From contig CBDVDR010000005.1 in assembly GCA_965372795.1 (NCBI GenBank), forward strand, positions 97,605-161,604: a stretch of 64,000 nt of DNA, in the 5' to 3' direction. The notes under the pieces are model-generated. The model saw only the letters and a list, made by a program, of their open reading frames with translations. It did no database searches and was not told the origin of the DNA. A program made the position numbers and the translations under genes. This DNA comes from an uncultured bacterium. GTDB lineage: Bacteria; Zixibacteria; MSB-5A5; GN15; FEB-12. Of the stretch, positions 29,578 through 39,328 are shown in pieces. Every line of letters begins with the position of its first letter. The first letter of the stretch is position 1.

Positions 29578-31428
29578 ATGAATAAATGTTTTAAAATTTC
29601 TATATGCATCTTGGCCCTGTTGATATTATCCCCATTGAATTTAATTGCAGAGAAGATCAATAAAGACGTCCAAATACAAAAACCAAGAGTTATTCAAAAT
29701 AGCCAGAATGCTGCGATACTTGAGAAGTTAAACCTCGCCCGGAAACTGATGGGGATGAACAACTATGATGCCGCCATGGCAATTCTTGAAGTTCTATATG
29801 AAGAAAACCCATCCAACGGATCTGTTATTAGTAATCTGATCAGATGCTATGACCGTTTAACAATTTATACCAAGGCTGAAGAACTTGCCCGCAGACAAAT
29901 AAAAAAATACGATAAGAATGTTCATTATCAAATGACTCTGGCTGAGTTTCTTGCCAAACAGGATAAAAAAGAAGAAAGCATTCAAGCTTACAACGATGCT
30001 ATAGCAATGGTTAAACCGAAGAATGTAAACCGGTATTTGGGTCTTGTTCGAAGTATGATGAAGTTTGATTTTCCTGAAAATACACTTAGTCTTATTGATA
30101 AAGTTAGAACTGATAACAATGACAGCACCATATTTGCAATCGAATACGGAACAATTCTTGAACAGCAAAAAAGCTATGGCAAAGCTGCCTTGGAATTTTC
30201 AAAAATTATTGATGATACCACCCGTACTGCTGCCACCAGTGAAAATAAACTGATGTCATTATTGCAATTTGAAGAATCCTCGCCCATTGTTGAAAAAGTA
30301 CTTCTTACTCTGGTAGACAAATCGACTTCCGCCCGTCTCCCCCGTATCCTTTCGGGATATTATTTAAAGGCTTATAAATTTGAACAGGCATTTAATTTTG
30401 CTGTCAAACAGGACTCAATTGAAAATCGTCAGGGTGCCTCGTTGATAAACTATGTCCTAACCTGTCGTGAGTTGAAGTTGTATAGCGAAACGGTCCGGAT
30501 GGGTGAATATGTGCTCAATAATTTTTCCGGTTCTCCACAGTTTACTGATCTTCATTATTATTATGCCGACGCTCTTACCCATCTTGGTGAATATGAAAAA
30601 GCGATAACAGTCTATGATACCATTGTATCAAAATTCCCGCGCCCACAGGACAAAGCCGAAGCTGTTTACCGGATAGGTAAAATTTATTCTGATAATACCC
30701 AGGATTACTCGAAGGCTTTGATAATGTTTGATTCAGTAACAAGTAACTATAAAAGCGGTATGGGCTTTATCAGAGCCAAAATGGCAACTCCTGAATGTTA
30801 TCTTAAACTTGGCGAACTCAAAAATGCCAACAAAGGTTATTTATCCCTTCTCAATAGCAGACTTGATGAAAATATGAAAGAGGAAGTGGAATATAATCTG
30901 GCTTTAATAAAACTATTTGAAAAACAATATGACTCCTCAGAAGTTGCCTTTCAAAAATTAATGCTTGATTATCCCCGCGGTTTTTATGTCAATGATGCTC
31001 TCCAGATCTTGTTGATTATTTCTGAGGCGGACAAAAACGGAGAATTACTCTATTTATATTCCAATGCTTTATTATTTGATATTAGAAAAATGCCTGATTC
31101 CACCCGGAACAAGCTTGAATCATTAGCAAATCATTCTCATAAAGCACTGGCTGATATTGCGCTGTATAAATTGTCTAATCTTAATTTAAATGAAGCTGAT
31201 ACAACCAAAGCTCTGGTGTATGTCAAGCGGCTTGAGGATGAATTTCCCCAATCATATTATCTGCCCTATGCTTTGAAGAAAAAAGCTGATGTGTTATTCA
31301 AGGATGAAAAGAAACAGGAAGAAGCAAAATCAATATATCGGAATTTGCTGGAAAATCATCCCAACTATCCTTTTATATCACAAGTTCGTAAATTTCTCAG
31401 AAAAATCGACGAGTCAGAAAACATCTAA
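29578..31428 (+). CDS. Secreted tetratricopeptide-repeat protein
   Basis: Signal peptide and repeated TPR units (YEKAITVYDTIVSKFP; EEAKSIYRNLLENHP). Confidence 0.85.
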   Translation: MNKCFKISICILALLILSPLNLIAEKINKDVQIQKPRVIQNSQNAAILEKLNLARKLMGMNNYDAAMAILEVLYEENPSNGSVISNLIRCYDRLTIYTKAEELARRQIKKYDKNVHYQMTLAEFLAKQDKKEESIQAYNDAIAMVKPKNVNRYLGLVRSMMKFDFPENTLSLIDKVRTDNNDSTIFAIEYGTILEQQKSYGKAALEFSKIIDDTTRTAATSENKLMSLLQFEESSPIVEKVLLTLVDKSTSARLPRILSGYYLKAYKFEQAFNFAVKQDSIENRQGASLINYVLTCRELKLYSETVRMGEYVLNNFSGSPQFTDLHYYYADALTHLGEYEKAITVYDTIVSKFPRPQDKAEAVYRIGKIYSDNTQDYSKALIMFDSVTSNYKSGMGFIRAKMATPECYLKLGELKNANKGYLSLLNSRLDENMKEEVEYNLALIKLFEKQYDSSEVAFQKLMLDYPRGFYVNDALQILLIISEADKNGELLYLYSNALLFDIRKMPDSTRNKLESLANHSHKALADIALYKLSNLNLNEADTTKALVYVKRLEDEFPQSYYLPYALKKKADVLFKDEKKQEEAKSIYRNLLENHPNYPFISQVRKFLRKIDESENI

Positions 31429-31673
31429 AATTCGGCTAATTTCTTTTTTCCATCCTGTAAGGTTCTAACCTGACGTTCAAGACTAAACAGTTTTTCTTCG
31501 AGTGTCTCTTGTTTTTTTGATTTGATTTTTGTAGTTGTTCTGATAAGTAATCCTAATGAAATCAGCATAAAAAATACAGAGTTTACTCTTCTGAAAATCT
31601 CACCCATGCTGAAAATAGTATCCAAAAAAGCGAGTATTCCAAGTAGAAATAAAACTGAACACCAAACAAACAT
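31425..31673 (-). CDS. Small membrane protein with two TM helices and a C-terminal coiled coil
   Basis: AAGGAG RBS, hydrophobic N-terminal half, sigma28-type promoter upstream. Confidence 0.7.
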   Translation of the reverse strand: MFVWCSVLFLLGILAFLDTIFSMGEIFRRVNSVFFMLISLGLLIRTTTKIKSKKQETLEEKLFSLERQVRTLQDGKKKLAEF

Positions 31674-31862
31674 ATTTGATACTCCTTTTTTATATTTTAG
31701 TATAATTTACAGTTTAAATATGAGGCTATTCTGCTAATTAAAATATCCAAAAAATAATTAATCCACATATGAGAATCCGTGTAAAAAATACAGTTGTTAT
31801 TTAAATTGCTATTATTATATTTGCATGTTAACTTTTTGCAAAAATACTAAACTCATTATTAT

Positions 31863-31889
31863 TTATCGGTTTATCCGAGTTTGCCTTTA
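31863..31889 (-). promoter_or_regulatory. sigma28 (FliA/SigD)-type promoter
   Basis: Minus strand TAAA-N15-ACCGATAA against consensus TAAA-N15-GCCGATAA. Confidence 0.6.
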
Positions 31890-31899
31890 GGAGGAAAGA

Positions 31900-34686
31900 T
31901 TGCCCGACAAGATTGATCTTAACAAAAACAAAATAGATAGAACTAATGCAATTCTGGCTGGGCTGGTATTTTTTATATCATTTATTGTATATGCTATGAC
32001 TGTCCAGCGAAGTTTCTCTTTCTGGGATTGCGGCGAATTCATCGCCTGTGCTTTTACTCTGGGAATTCCTCATCCTCCCGGAACCCCGCTTTTTGTGTTG
32101 ATTGGTAGATTATTTTCAATAATCCCTTTCGTAGAAGATATATCATACAGGATTAATTATATTTCGGTTATTTCTTCCGCTTTTACGGCGATGTTAAGTT
32201 ATCTCCTTACTGTCAAACTGGTTGGATATTTCTTTAACGGTGACAAAGACCTTCCTTTGAATCGTTTTATCGCTTATATCGGTGGTATTGCCGGAGGTCT
32301 GTTTGTTGCGTTTTCAAGAACCAACTGGGGAAACTCAGTTGAAGCAGAAGTTTATGGAATGGCGTTGGCTCTTTCAGTATTAATGTTTTGGCTGGCAGTA
32401 AGATATTTTGAACAAAGAGGAACAATAGAAGCTTCCAAAATCATGATATTCCTATTTTATCTGGCGACGGTCGGCATTGGTATTCATATGACGGTGTTTT
32501 TAGTCGTTCCGGTATGTACAATCTTCTTTGTATTAAATAACAAAGCTACTAAAACAGACTGGATATATCTTTGCGGATTTGCAATTCTCGAATTGTTTTT
32601 AGTTTTGGCAATTTCCTTGCTAGACATCGCCCGGGGTCATGTTGCCTTTGTATTTGTCTCGGCTTTATTAGCTCTGGTACTATTTATTAAATTATATAAT
32701 AAAATCAACTGGGCGGTTCTGATCGCTATTGCATCAGTTGCAACCGTAATGGAAAGTTTTAGTACCTATTTCTATGCAACTCCGGCAGCTTTAATTCTGA
32801 TTCTGATTTTGGCTCTATTATCAAAAAAATATAATTTCCAACTGCACTGGAAAACTGCTCTGACAATCGTTGTTGTTGGCTTTATAGGCATGTCGGTCCA
32901 TCTGTATATTCCAATCAGATCAGAGTTAAACCCTCGAATTGATGAAAATAATCCTTCACGTGATACCCAAACCTTCATTGATTTTCTTGATCGCAAACAA
33001 TACGGACAGATGGGAATGATTGAAAGGATGTTCAATCGTCGGGGCTCCCTGTCAAATCAGCTTGGACGCCACCCTCATATGGGTTTCTGGTCTTATTTTG
33101 AAGAACAATATTCCAGTACGGGTTTTAGTTTTATTTTCCCATTTTTCTTACTGGGTCTCATAGGCATGTATGTAGCTATCAAAAAACGACTCGAAATAGG
33201 CTTGCCATTTTTTACCCTCTTCATATTAACTTCCATCGGATTAGTCTTATACATGAACTTTGCCGATGGCACAATGTATAGTGCCTCAACCGGCGATGCA
33301 TATCTTGAAGTTCGTAATCGAGATTACTTTTTTACACCGGCATTTGTTTTCTTTGGAATTGCCATGGGATTAGGCATCTCAGCGGTTATGCAATATATAA
33401 AAGATCATTTTTCAAGATCAAATCCTTCACTGATGAAGCCAATTGTCATAGCTTCCGCTGTTTTAGTGTTACTTCCGGGATTTGCACTGGCTCATAATTA
33501 TCATGCCTGCGACCGCTCACAGAATTTTATTCCACGCAACTATGCTGAAAATATTTTAGACACCTGTGAACCGAACGCTATCTTGTTTACTTCGGGAGAT
33601 AATGACACCTTCCCGGTTTGGTGCTTACAGGAAGTATATAATTACCGCAAAGATGTTCGAGTAGTTAATCTTTCCCTTTTAAACACGGATTGGTACACCG
33701 AACAGATGAAGGTGCGTTATGATGTCCCCATTTCACTAACTGTCGATCAGATACGCTGGTATCCGTTTGAAGGATCCGGTATGGGTAAAAGACCTAAAAA
33801 ACCGTTTTATGACAGAGCCCGTAAACGGCAATCATATTTGGTCCCATCAGGTTATCAGGGACGTATTCTAAAAGTACAGGATATGATGGTCGATGAAATT
33901 GTGATTGAATCAATTATCAGAAGTGACAGCGGTGCGGATTGGACATTCAAACAACCGATTTATTTCAGTTCACAACCTTATGCAGAATCTCCGTTGAAAC
34001 TTCGTGAACGGGCAAATTCAGTTGGTTTACTTTATAAACTGGAACCAAAAGGGCTCGAGCGGTTGATTGATGTTGACAAAGGATATGACCTTTATATGAA
34101 TCAGTATAAATTCTCCGGCTATGAAAATGCTGATGTTTATCGTGATGATAATGCAACCGGTGTATTCCTTGGCGTTGGTATAAATGCTGTAAGGATATTC
34201 AATGAATTAACCATTATTGGCGATGATGAACGAGCCCTTAAACTGGCAAACAAAATTATTGATATATATCCGGAGTATTGGCAAATGTATATCCTGCTGG
34301 CTGATTTCTATGCAAAAAAAGGAGAGACAGCCCAAATTGATACTTTATACACAAAATTGAACAATACTTTAACTGTCTTTTTGGAATCTAACCCTGAAAA
34401 TCTTTTCTACATGCAGGATCTTGGCTTAGCAAAAGTTGAGCTTGGAAAGATAAGAAATGATACTGAGCTTGTTGAAGAAGGGATTTCGATAATCTGGAAA
34501 GCATTTAATGCTAATGCAAACAGTAATTACGGTTTTAGAAAACTATATACTGTTTTGGCTCAGGAAGGCAGATATTCAGAACTTCAATTAGCTGCCAGAA
34601 AATTTGCCGAATATAAAATGAACCTGAAAGACCCGATTCTCCAACAGATTCTTGGAATTTCCAGTGCACCCAATAGGGCACCGTAA
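31900..34686 (+). CDS. DUF2723 / TMEM260-like GT-C glycosyltransferase
   Basis: SFWDCGEFIA..LGIPHPPGTP, EAEVY, RNRDYFF, FTSGDNDTFP, VNLSLL; AGGAGG RBS with TTG start. Confidence 0.9.
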   Translation: MPDKIDLNKNKIDRTNAILAGLVFFISFIVYAMTVQRSFSFWDCGEFIACAFTLGIPHPPGTPLFVLIGRLFSIIPFVEDISYRINYISVISSAFTAMLSYLLTVKLVGYFFNGDKDLPLNRFIAYIGGIAGGLFVAFSRTNWGNSVEAEVYGMALALSVLMFWLAVRYFEQRGTIEASKIMIFLFYLATVGIGIHMTVFLVVPVCTIFFVLNNKATKTDWIYLCGFAILELFLVLAISLLDIARGHVAFVFVSALLALVLFIKLYNKINWAVLIAIASVATVMESFSTYFYATPAALILILILALLSKKYNFQLHWKTALTIVVVGFIGMSVHLYIPIRSELNPRIDENNPSRDTQTFIDFLDRKQYGQMGMIERMFNRRGSLSNQLGRHPHMGFWSYFEEQYSSTGFSFIFPFFLLGLIGMYVAIKKRLEIGLPFFTLFILTSIGLVLYMNFADGTMYSASTGDAYLEVRNRDYFFTPAFVFFGIAMGLGISAVMQYIKDHFSRSNPSLMKPIVIASAVLVLLPGFALAHNYHACDRSQNFIPRNYAENILDTCEPNAILFTSGDNDTFPVWCLQEVYNYRKDVRVVNLSLLNTDWYTEQMKVRYDVPISLTVDQIRWYPFEGSGMGKRPKKPFYDRARKRQSYLVPSGYQGRILKVQDMMVDEIVIESIIRSDSGADWTFKQPIYFSSQPYAESPLKLRERANSVGLLYKLEPKGLERLIDVDKGYDLYMNQYKFSGYENADVYRDDNATGVFLGVGINAVRIFNELTIIGDDERALKLANKIIDIYPEYWQMYILLADFYAKKGETAQIDTLYTKLNNTLTVFLESNPENLFYMQDLGLAKVELGKIRNDTELVEEGISIIWKAFNANANSNYGFRKLYTVLAQEGRYSELQLAARKFAEYKMNLKDPILQQILGISSAPNRAP

Positions 34687-34698
34687 AAGAGTTTAATC

Positions 34699-34735
34699 AA
34701 AAAAAAGGGCAGGAATTTATTCCTGCCTTTTTTTT
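34699..34735 (+). terminator. Intrinsic terminator
   Basis: GGCAGGAA-TTTA-TTCCTGCC flanked by A and T runs. Confidence 0.85.
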
Positions 34736-34770
34736 ATTATTTTTTTAGATAAAGTACAATTATTAATGGA

Positions 34771-34799
34771 TTGACAGAATTAGCCTATTTAACTAAATT
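34771..34799 (+). promoter_or_regulatory. Putative sigma70 promoter
   Basis: TTGACA-N17-TAAATT upstream of the S8 protease gene. Confidence 0.5.
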
Positions 34800-34919
34800 T
34801 CTGATACATTTTACTTTTAAAGACTTTCATAAATCTACCTGAGTACCGCACATTTTTTTGTCTTAACTATTTGGTTTTTAAGTAAATAGCCGATACTCAA
34901 AAAAAAGAGGTATTGATAT

Positions 34920-37517
34920 ATGGCAAAATCTAAGAAATTTACATTTTTAATTTTTGGCTCAGTTCTGTTGTTTTCATTAACTTCTGTTTTATATGCAGTT
35001 GATTCAACAAATCAGGACCAAACCCCAAATTACTATTACTATCAGGGCGAACGAATTGAACTCGAACTGGATAGATCAAGAGTCGCAGTTCTATATACTG
35101 ATCAATCAAGTTCTACTGAACGGGCAATGATATATTCAAAATCAAAATATACTGTCGCTTCTGAGAGTCAAATTGATGACCGGAACTGGTCATTTTTAGA
35201 ACTGAATAATCAATTACCCGATGTTGCGGCTTCAAGTGAAATCATTAAATCTCTGGCAGCTTCTACTGAAGTAAAATTTGCCTCTCCGGTATTTAAGGGC
35301 TATTACCACGGCTGGATGGTTATTACTCAGGATATTCTTATTAAAATTAAAACTGAACATCTTGTATCTGCCAATGAAATACTAAATGAGATTGCACCCA
35401 AGGCATCTACTATTGAAGAAAATGTTGCAGATATTACTGGTGTATACAAAATCCGCAGCGTTCAAAAAAATGGATATGATGTCTTATCCAAAGCCAATCA
35501 GTTTGCCTTGGATCCGCGAATCGAGTGGGCGGAACCGGATGCAAAAATTTCCGGCAAAGAAAGTTTAATCCCCAACGACACCTATTTTTCAAATGTCTGG
35601 GGTATTTATAATATCGGTCAGGCCGTTGGGACCTTTGATGTTGACATGGACGGAGAACTTGCCTGGGATATCACTACCGGAGTTTCATCAATTAAGGTTC
35701 TTATTATTGATGTCGGAGTTCAACAGGATCATCCTGATATAAACCAATTTCCCGGATCTGATTTTACCAATGAAATTGGCAATGGCGGACCATTAAATGA
35801 ATGTGATAATCATGGCACCGCCGTAGCCGGATGTGTCTCTGCTACTATAAATAACAATCTTGGCACCGTTGGAATTGCTCCAACTTGTAAAAGTGTTTCA
35901 GCAAGAACTTTCATTTCAAATATACCTTGTAATGGCGGATGGTCAGCAAATTACAGCTGGACCGCCGATGCTCTTGCCTGGGCGGAAGCCCAAGGAGTTC
36001 AGGTTACAAACAACAGCAACTATTATGGCTCCCCTTCAAGTATTGTAACTGCAAAATATCAGTCTACTTATGATAATGGCATGGTTCATTTTGCCTCGGC
36101 TGGAAACGATGCGGAAGAAGGGGTCGGGTATCCGGCATCACTTACAACTGTTAATGCTGTTTCAGCCATAGATCGAAATGGTAACCTCGCCAGTTTTAGC
36201 AATTGGGGTGCACAAATAAGTTTTTCTGCCCCGGGAGTTTCGGTTTTTACAACCGACCGTACCGGAAGCAATGGCTATGAAAACGGGGACTATGTCTGGG
36301 CTAATGGAACATCTTTTGCATCCCCTTACGCAGCCGGTGTAGCAGCTCTGGTTCTTTCGGTTGAACCTTCTTTAACAGCTCCGGAAGTTGAAGAAAAGAT
36401 GCGATGCGCTGCTGATGATTATGGTGATCCGGGATTTGATTATATCTATGGATATGGGTTTGTAAATGCCTATAATTCCATATCTCTCCCCTGGGCTGAT
36501 TCCGATGGTGACAGCTTTAATGATCCCTGCGATAACTGTCCTGCCGATTTTAACCCCGTTCAGGAAGATGCCGACAACGATGGTATTGGTGACCTTTGTG
36601 ATGAATGTACCGATACTGACGGTGATGGATATGGAGATGAAGGCTATGCGGCGAATACCTGCATCTTAGATAACTGCGTTGATATTTATAATCCCGATCA
36701 GGATGATCCGGACAACGATGGTGTTGGAACCCCTTGTGATAACTGCCCGACTATAAATAATCCAACTCAGGCTGATTCCGATAATGATGAAATCGGAGAT
36801 GCCTGCGATATAAATTATGGTTCTATACTACTTGATCATGTTGATGGTGAAGCGGTTCCGTTTGCAATTACAGCCAACAAAGAAATTACATTTTATCTTA
36901 GATTTGAAAATAGCACAAATTTTTATGTGACCGGTTCAACAAACGGTTTCAGGCTTTACTCTCCGGATAACGCTGTTTGGAACAGCACCTCTGGTGCTGT
37001 AACTGGAAGTATTACAACCGGCATGTATGATGGCGGACTTTTTGTTAATACCTTTAGTCCCGATGGAATCGGTTCTGATACTATCGGTTTTGGAGGATTC
37101 AAAATTTTTATGCCGGGAATCCCTGACGGATTTAATGAAATCTTCGCATCTATAACTATTGGTCCGATTGATATTGCCAATGTTGGGAAAACTATTTGTA
37201 TTGATTCATCCTTCTACCCGCCCGTATCAAGTTGGGAATGGTCGGTTATTGATAAATATGCTCCCACATGGGACGGACCATATTGTTACATTGTTACCGA
37301 GTCATGCTGTGCATTGCGGGGAGATGTTGATAATAACGGTGAAAGAGATATCTCTGACTTAACATACTACGTAGCATTTATGTTTGGCGGAGGTCCCGAA
37401 GCGCCCTGTTTTGATGAAGGGGACGTTGATAATACCGGTGAACAGGATATCTCGGATCTAACCTTTATCGTTGACTATATGTTTGGTGGAGGTCCGGAAC
37501 CCTCACCATGTTTTTAA
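34920..37517 (+). CDS. Secreted S8 (subtilisin-like) serine protease with thrombospondin type-3 repeats and C-terminal dockerin-like domain
   Basis: Catalytic triad motifs IIDVGV, HGTAVAG and GTSFASP; DxDxDGxGDxCDNCP repeats; duplicated GDVD..G..DISDLT tail. Confidence 0.92.
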   Translation: MAKSKKFTFLIFGSVLLFSLTSVLYAVDSTNQDQTPNYYYYQGERIELELDRSRVAVLYTDQSSSTERAMIYSKSKYTVASESQIDDRNWSFLELNNQLPDVAASSEIIKSLAASTEVKFASPVFKGYYHGWMVITQDILIKIKTEHLVSANEILNEIAPKASTIEENVADITGVYKIRSVQKNGYDVLSKANQFALDPRIEWAEPDAKISGKESLIPNDTYFSNVWGIYNIGQAVGTFDVDMDGELAWDITTGVSSIKVLIIDVGVQQDHPDINQFPGSDFTNEIGNGGPLNECDNHGTAVAGCVSATINNNLGTVGIAPTCKSVSARTFISNIPCNGGWSANYSWTADALAWAEAQGVQVTNNSNYYGSPSSIVTAKYQSTYDNGMVHFASAGNDAEEGVGYPASLTTVNAVSAIDRNGNLASFSNWGAQISFSAPGVSVFTTDRTGSNGYENGDYVWANGTSFASPYAAGVAALVLSVEPSLTAPEVEEKMRCAADDYGDPGFDYIYGYGFVNAYNSISLPWADSDGDSFNDPCDNCPADFNPVQEDADNDGIGDLCDECTDTDGDGYGDEGYAANTCILDNCVDIYNPDQDDPDNDGVGTPCDNCPTINNPTQADSDNDEIGDACDINYGSILLDHVDGEAVPFAITANKEITFYLRFENSTNFYVTGSTNGFRLYSPDNAVWNSTSGAVTGSITTGMYDGGLFVNTFSPDGIGSDTIGFGGFKIFMPGIPDGFNEIFASITIGPIDIANVGKTICIDSSFYPPVSSWEWSVIDKYAPTWDGPYCYIVTESCCALRGDVDNNGERDISDLTYYVAFMFGGGPEAPCFDEGDVDNTGEQDISDLTFIVDYMFGGGPEPSPCF
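36498..36810 (+). repeat. Thrombospondin type-3 (Ca-binding) protein repeats inside the S8 gene
   Basis: About five units of the form D-x-D-x-D-G-x-G-D-x-C-D-N-C-P...NPxQ. Confidence 0.85.
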
Positions 37518-37544
37518 AATAGCTTTTTTATGTACGGGTATCGG

Positions 37545-38012
37545 TTAGCTTGATAACCGGTATCCGGCTCGACGTCGATAATTTCCTTCGACAATATCCA
37601 TCATTTTCTCAACTACAAACTCATCCCGAACAGCAGCCGTGTCGTGATGAAAGCGGCTGATGATGCTTTTAACTTCTCTTTCCGTATAATCTTTGTTCGG
37701 TTCAAATTGTGCCAGAATATACTCAAGCAGATATTTTCTTTTACCGGGTTGAACAGGGAGTTTTTTAATTTTTACATCTTTAATTATAACCGGAAGAGTT
37801 TTAGTTTTTTTATTACTGTCATTGGCATGAGTTTCCAGCCAATTGTACACTTCCTGTTCCGGAATTCGCCAATCTTTTCCGATTTTATAAGCCCGGATTT
37901 CACCCGATTGAATTTTACGGGTAATAACCTGAGCGTTCATTTTTAACTTTTTTGCAAGTTCGGCGGTTGTGAAAAATTCTGTGTTTTTTATAATACCTTC
38001 ATGAAATTTCAT
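37545..38012 (-). CDS. Excisionase-like HTH (HTH_17) fused to a DUF2087-like domain
   Basis: FFTTAELAKKLK...GEIRAYKIGKDWRI, then KRKYLLEYILAQFEPNKDYTEREV..HHDTAAVRD..YRR. Confidence 0.8.
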   Translation of the reverse strand: MKFHEGIIKNTEFFTTAELAKKLKMNAQVITRKIQSGEIRAYKIGKDWRIPEQEVYNWLETHANDSNKKTKTLPVIIKDVKIKKLPVQPGKRKYLLEYILAQFEPNKDYTEREVKSIISRFHHDTAAVRDEFVVEKMMDIVEGNYRRRAGYRLSS

Positions 38013-38152
38013 TGATGAATACTCCTTTTAATGAATAAGCAGAGAAGTAAACATATTTTTATACATTTTCAAATACTTTTTTGTACTGTTCGGATTTTTA
38101 TGATTTTTTTTAACAGATACTTCCATTGACATTACTGTACCAGTATCCCTAA

Positions 38153-39049
38153 TTGAGTTTCATGACAATTTTTATTTACATTGTCCTTTGCCTGATATGG
38201 GGATCAACCTGGATCGGCATCAAAATCGGACTTGAAGATGCACCCCCGGTGACAACAGCAATAATCCGATTCGTTATTGCATTGTCGATTTTATATGCCA
38301 TAATTCTTTTTAAGCAAATAAAATTCCCAACTACCTTTAAAGATATCCTCAAACTTGCTTATCCGGGTTTATATATGTATGGCGTCAGCTATACCTGCGT
38401 TTATCTTGGTGAGCAATATATCTCTTCTGCACTGACATCTGTTTTATTTGCATCTTTTCCTTTATTTGTAGCTTTATTGTCCATAAAAATGTTGAGATCT
38501 GAAAAATTAACTTCGTTTGTTTGGGCTGGATTGGTTTTGGGGTTTTTGGGAATTGTAGTTATCTCTTATGATTCGTTGCAAATTTCCGGTAATCTGTTTT
38601 TGGGATGCATATTAATTTTGGCCGCGTCCTATGTATCTGCTTATGGAATGGTACTGCATAAAAAATCATTTTCACAATGCGATATTTTCATGGCAACCGC
38701 TTTACAACAGTCTATAGGCGTAATTCTCATGTTGCTATATGTGATTCTATTTGAAAACTGGAGAACTTTCGTCTTTACTCCTACTTCGGTCGGATCAATC
38801 TTGTACCTTGCGATTTTCGGAAGTGTCATAGCTTTCTTAGGGTATTATTGGCTGCTAAAACATACAACCGCTGTCGTGGTTTCTCTGATTGCTTTTATAA
38901 CACCGGTTGTAGCAATATTTATCGGTGTCGGGCTGTTTTCTGAGAAAATGACTACCGGGACCTGGGTTGGATCAGCTATGATTCTTGGTGGAATTATACT
39001 GGTCGTAAGAAGACAACAAAGATCGTCTTTACAAGAACAACGCACGTAA
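38153..39049 (+). CDS. EamA/DMT family exporter
   Basis: LIWGSTW, about 10 TM helices, YLAIFGS, FITPVVA. Confidence 0.92.
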   Translation: MSFMTIFIYIVLCLIWGSTWIGIKIGLEDAPPVTTAIIRFVIALSILYAIILFKQIKFPTTFKDILKLAYPGLYMYGVSYTCVYLGEQYISSALTSVLFASFPLFVALLSIKMLRSEKLTSFVWAGLVLGFLGIVVISYDSLQISGNLFLGCILILAASYVSAYGMVLHKKSFSQCDIFMATALQQSIGVILMLLYVILFENWRTFVFTPTSVGSILYLAIFGSVIAFLGYYWLLKHTTAVVVSLIAFITPVVAIFIGVGLFSEKMTTGTWVGSAMILGGIILVVRRQQRSSLQEQRT

Positions 39050-39127
39050 GCTATACAATAGCATGGTTTTGTATTATTATAATACTAATATAATATAATA
39101 ATTATGCAAAATAATTCATATCAGAGC

Positions 39128-39156
39128 TTGATTTACTCAATTTTTTTTATTATTAT
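39128..39156 (+). promoter_or_regulatory. Putative sigma70 promoter giving a roughly 165-nt leader to the KamA-family gene
   Basis: TTGATT-N17-TATTAT. Confidence 0.5.
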
Positions 39157-39328
39157 TCGAATAGACATCAGTGATATGACGTATTAAAAGTAGTATAAAC
39201 AAGGCTTGTAGCCAACCATTCGCAGTAATTCTGCACCAGAATAAATTCTCTCCAGGTTGTCTATTAAAAAACTTATTTCTCGACTGAGGGCTATGTTTGA
39301 AAGCCATTACTGAGCAGGAGGCTTAGTT

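Noticed and set aside
36498..36810. Possible CRISPR or DNA tandem repeat
   Set aside because: The repeats are degenerate at DNA level and in-frame protein repeats (TSP3); no constant repeat-spacer pattern and no cas genes
37545..38012. Prophage or ICE excisionase
   Set aside because: No integrase, att-like repeats, tRNA or phage genes nearby; fused to a DUF2087-like domain
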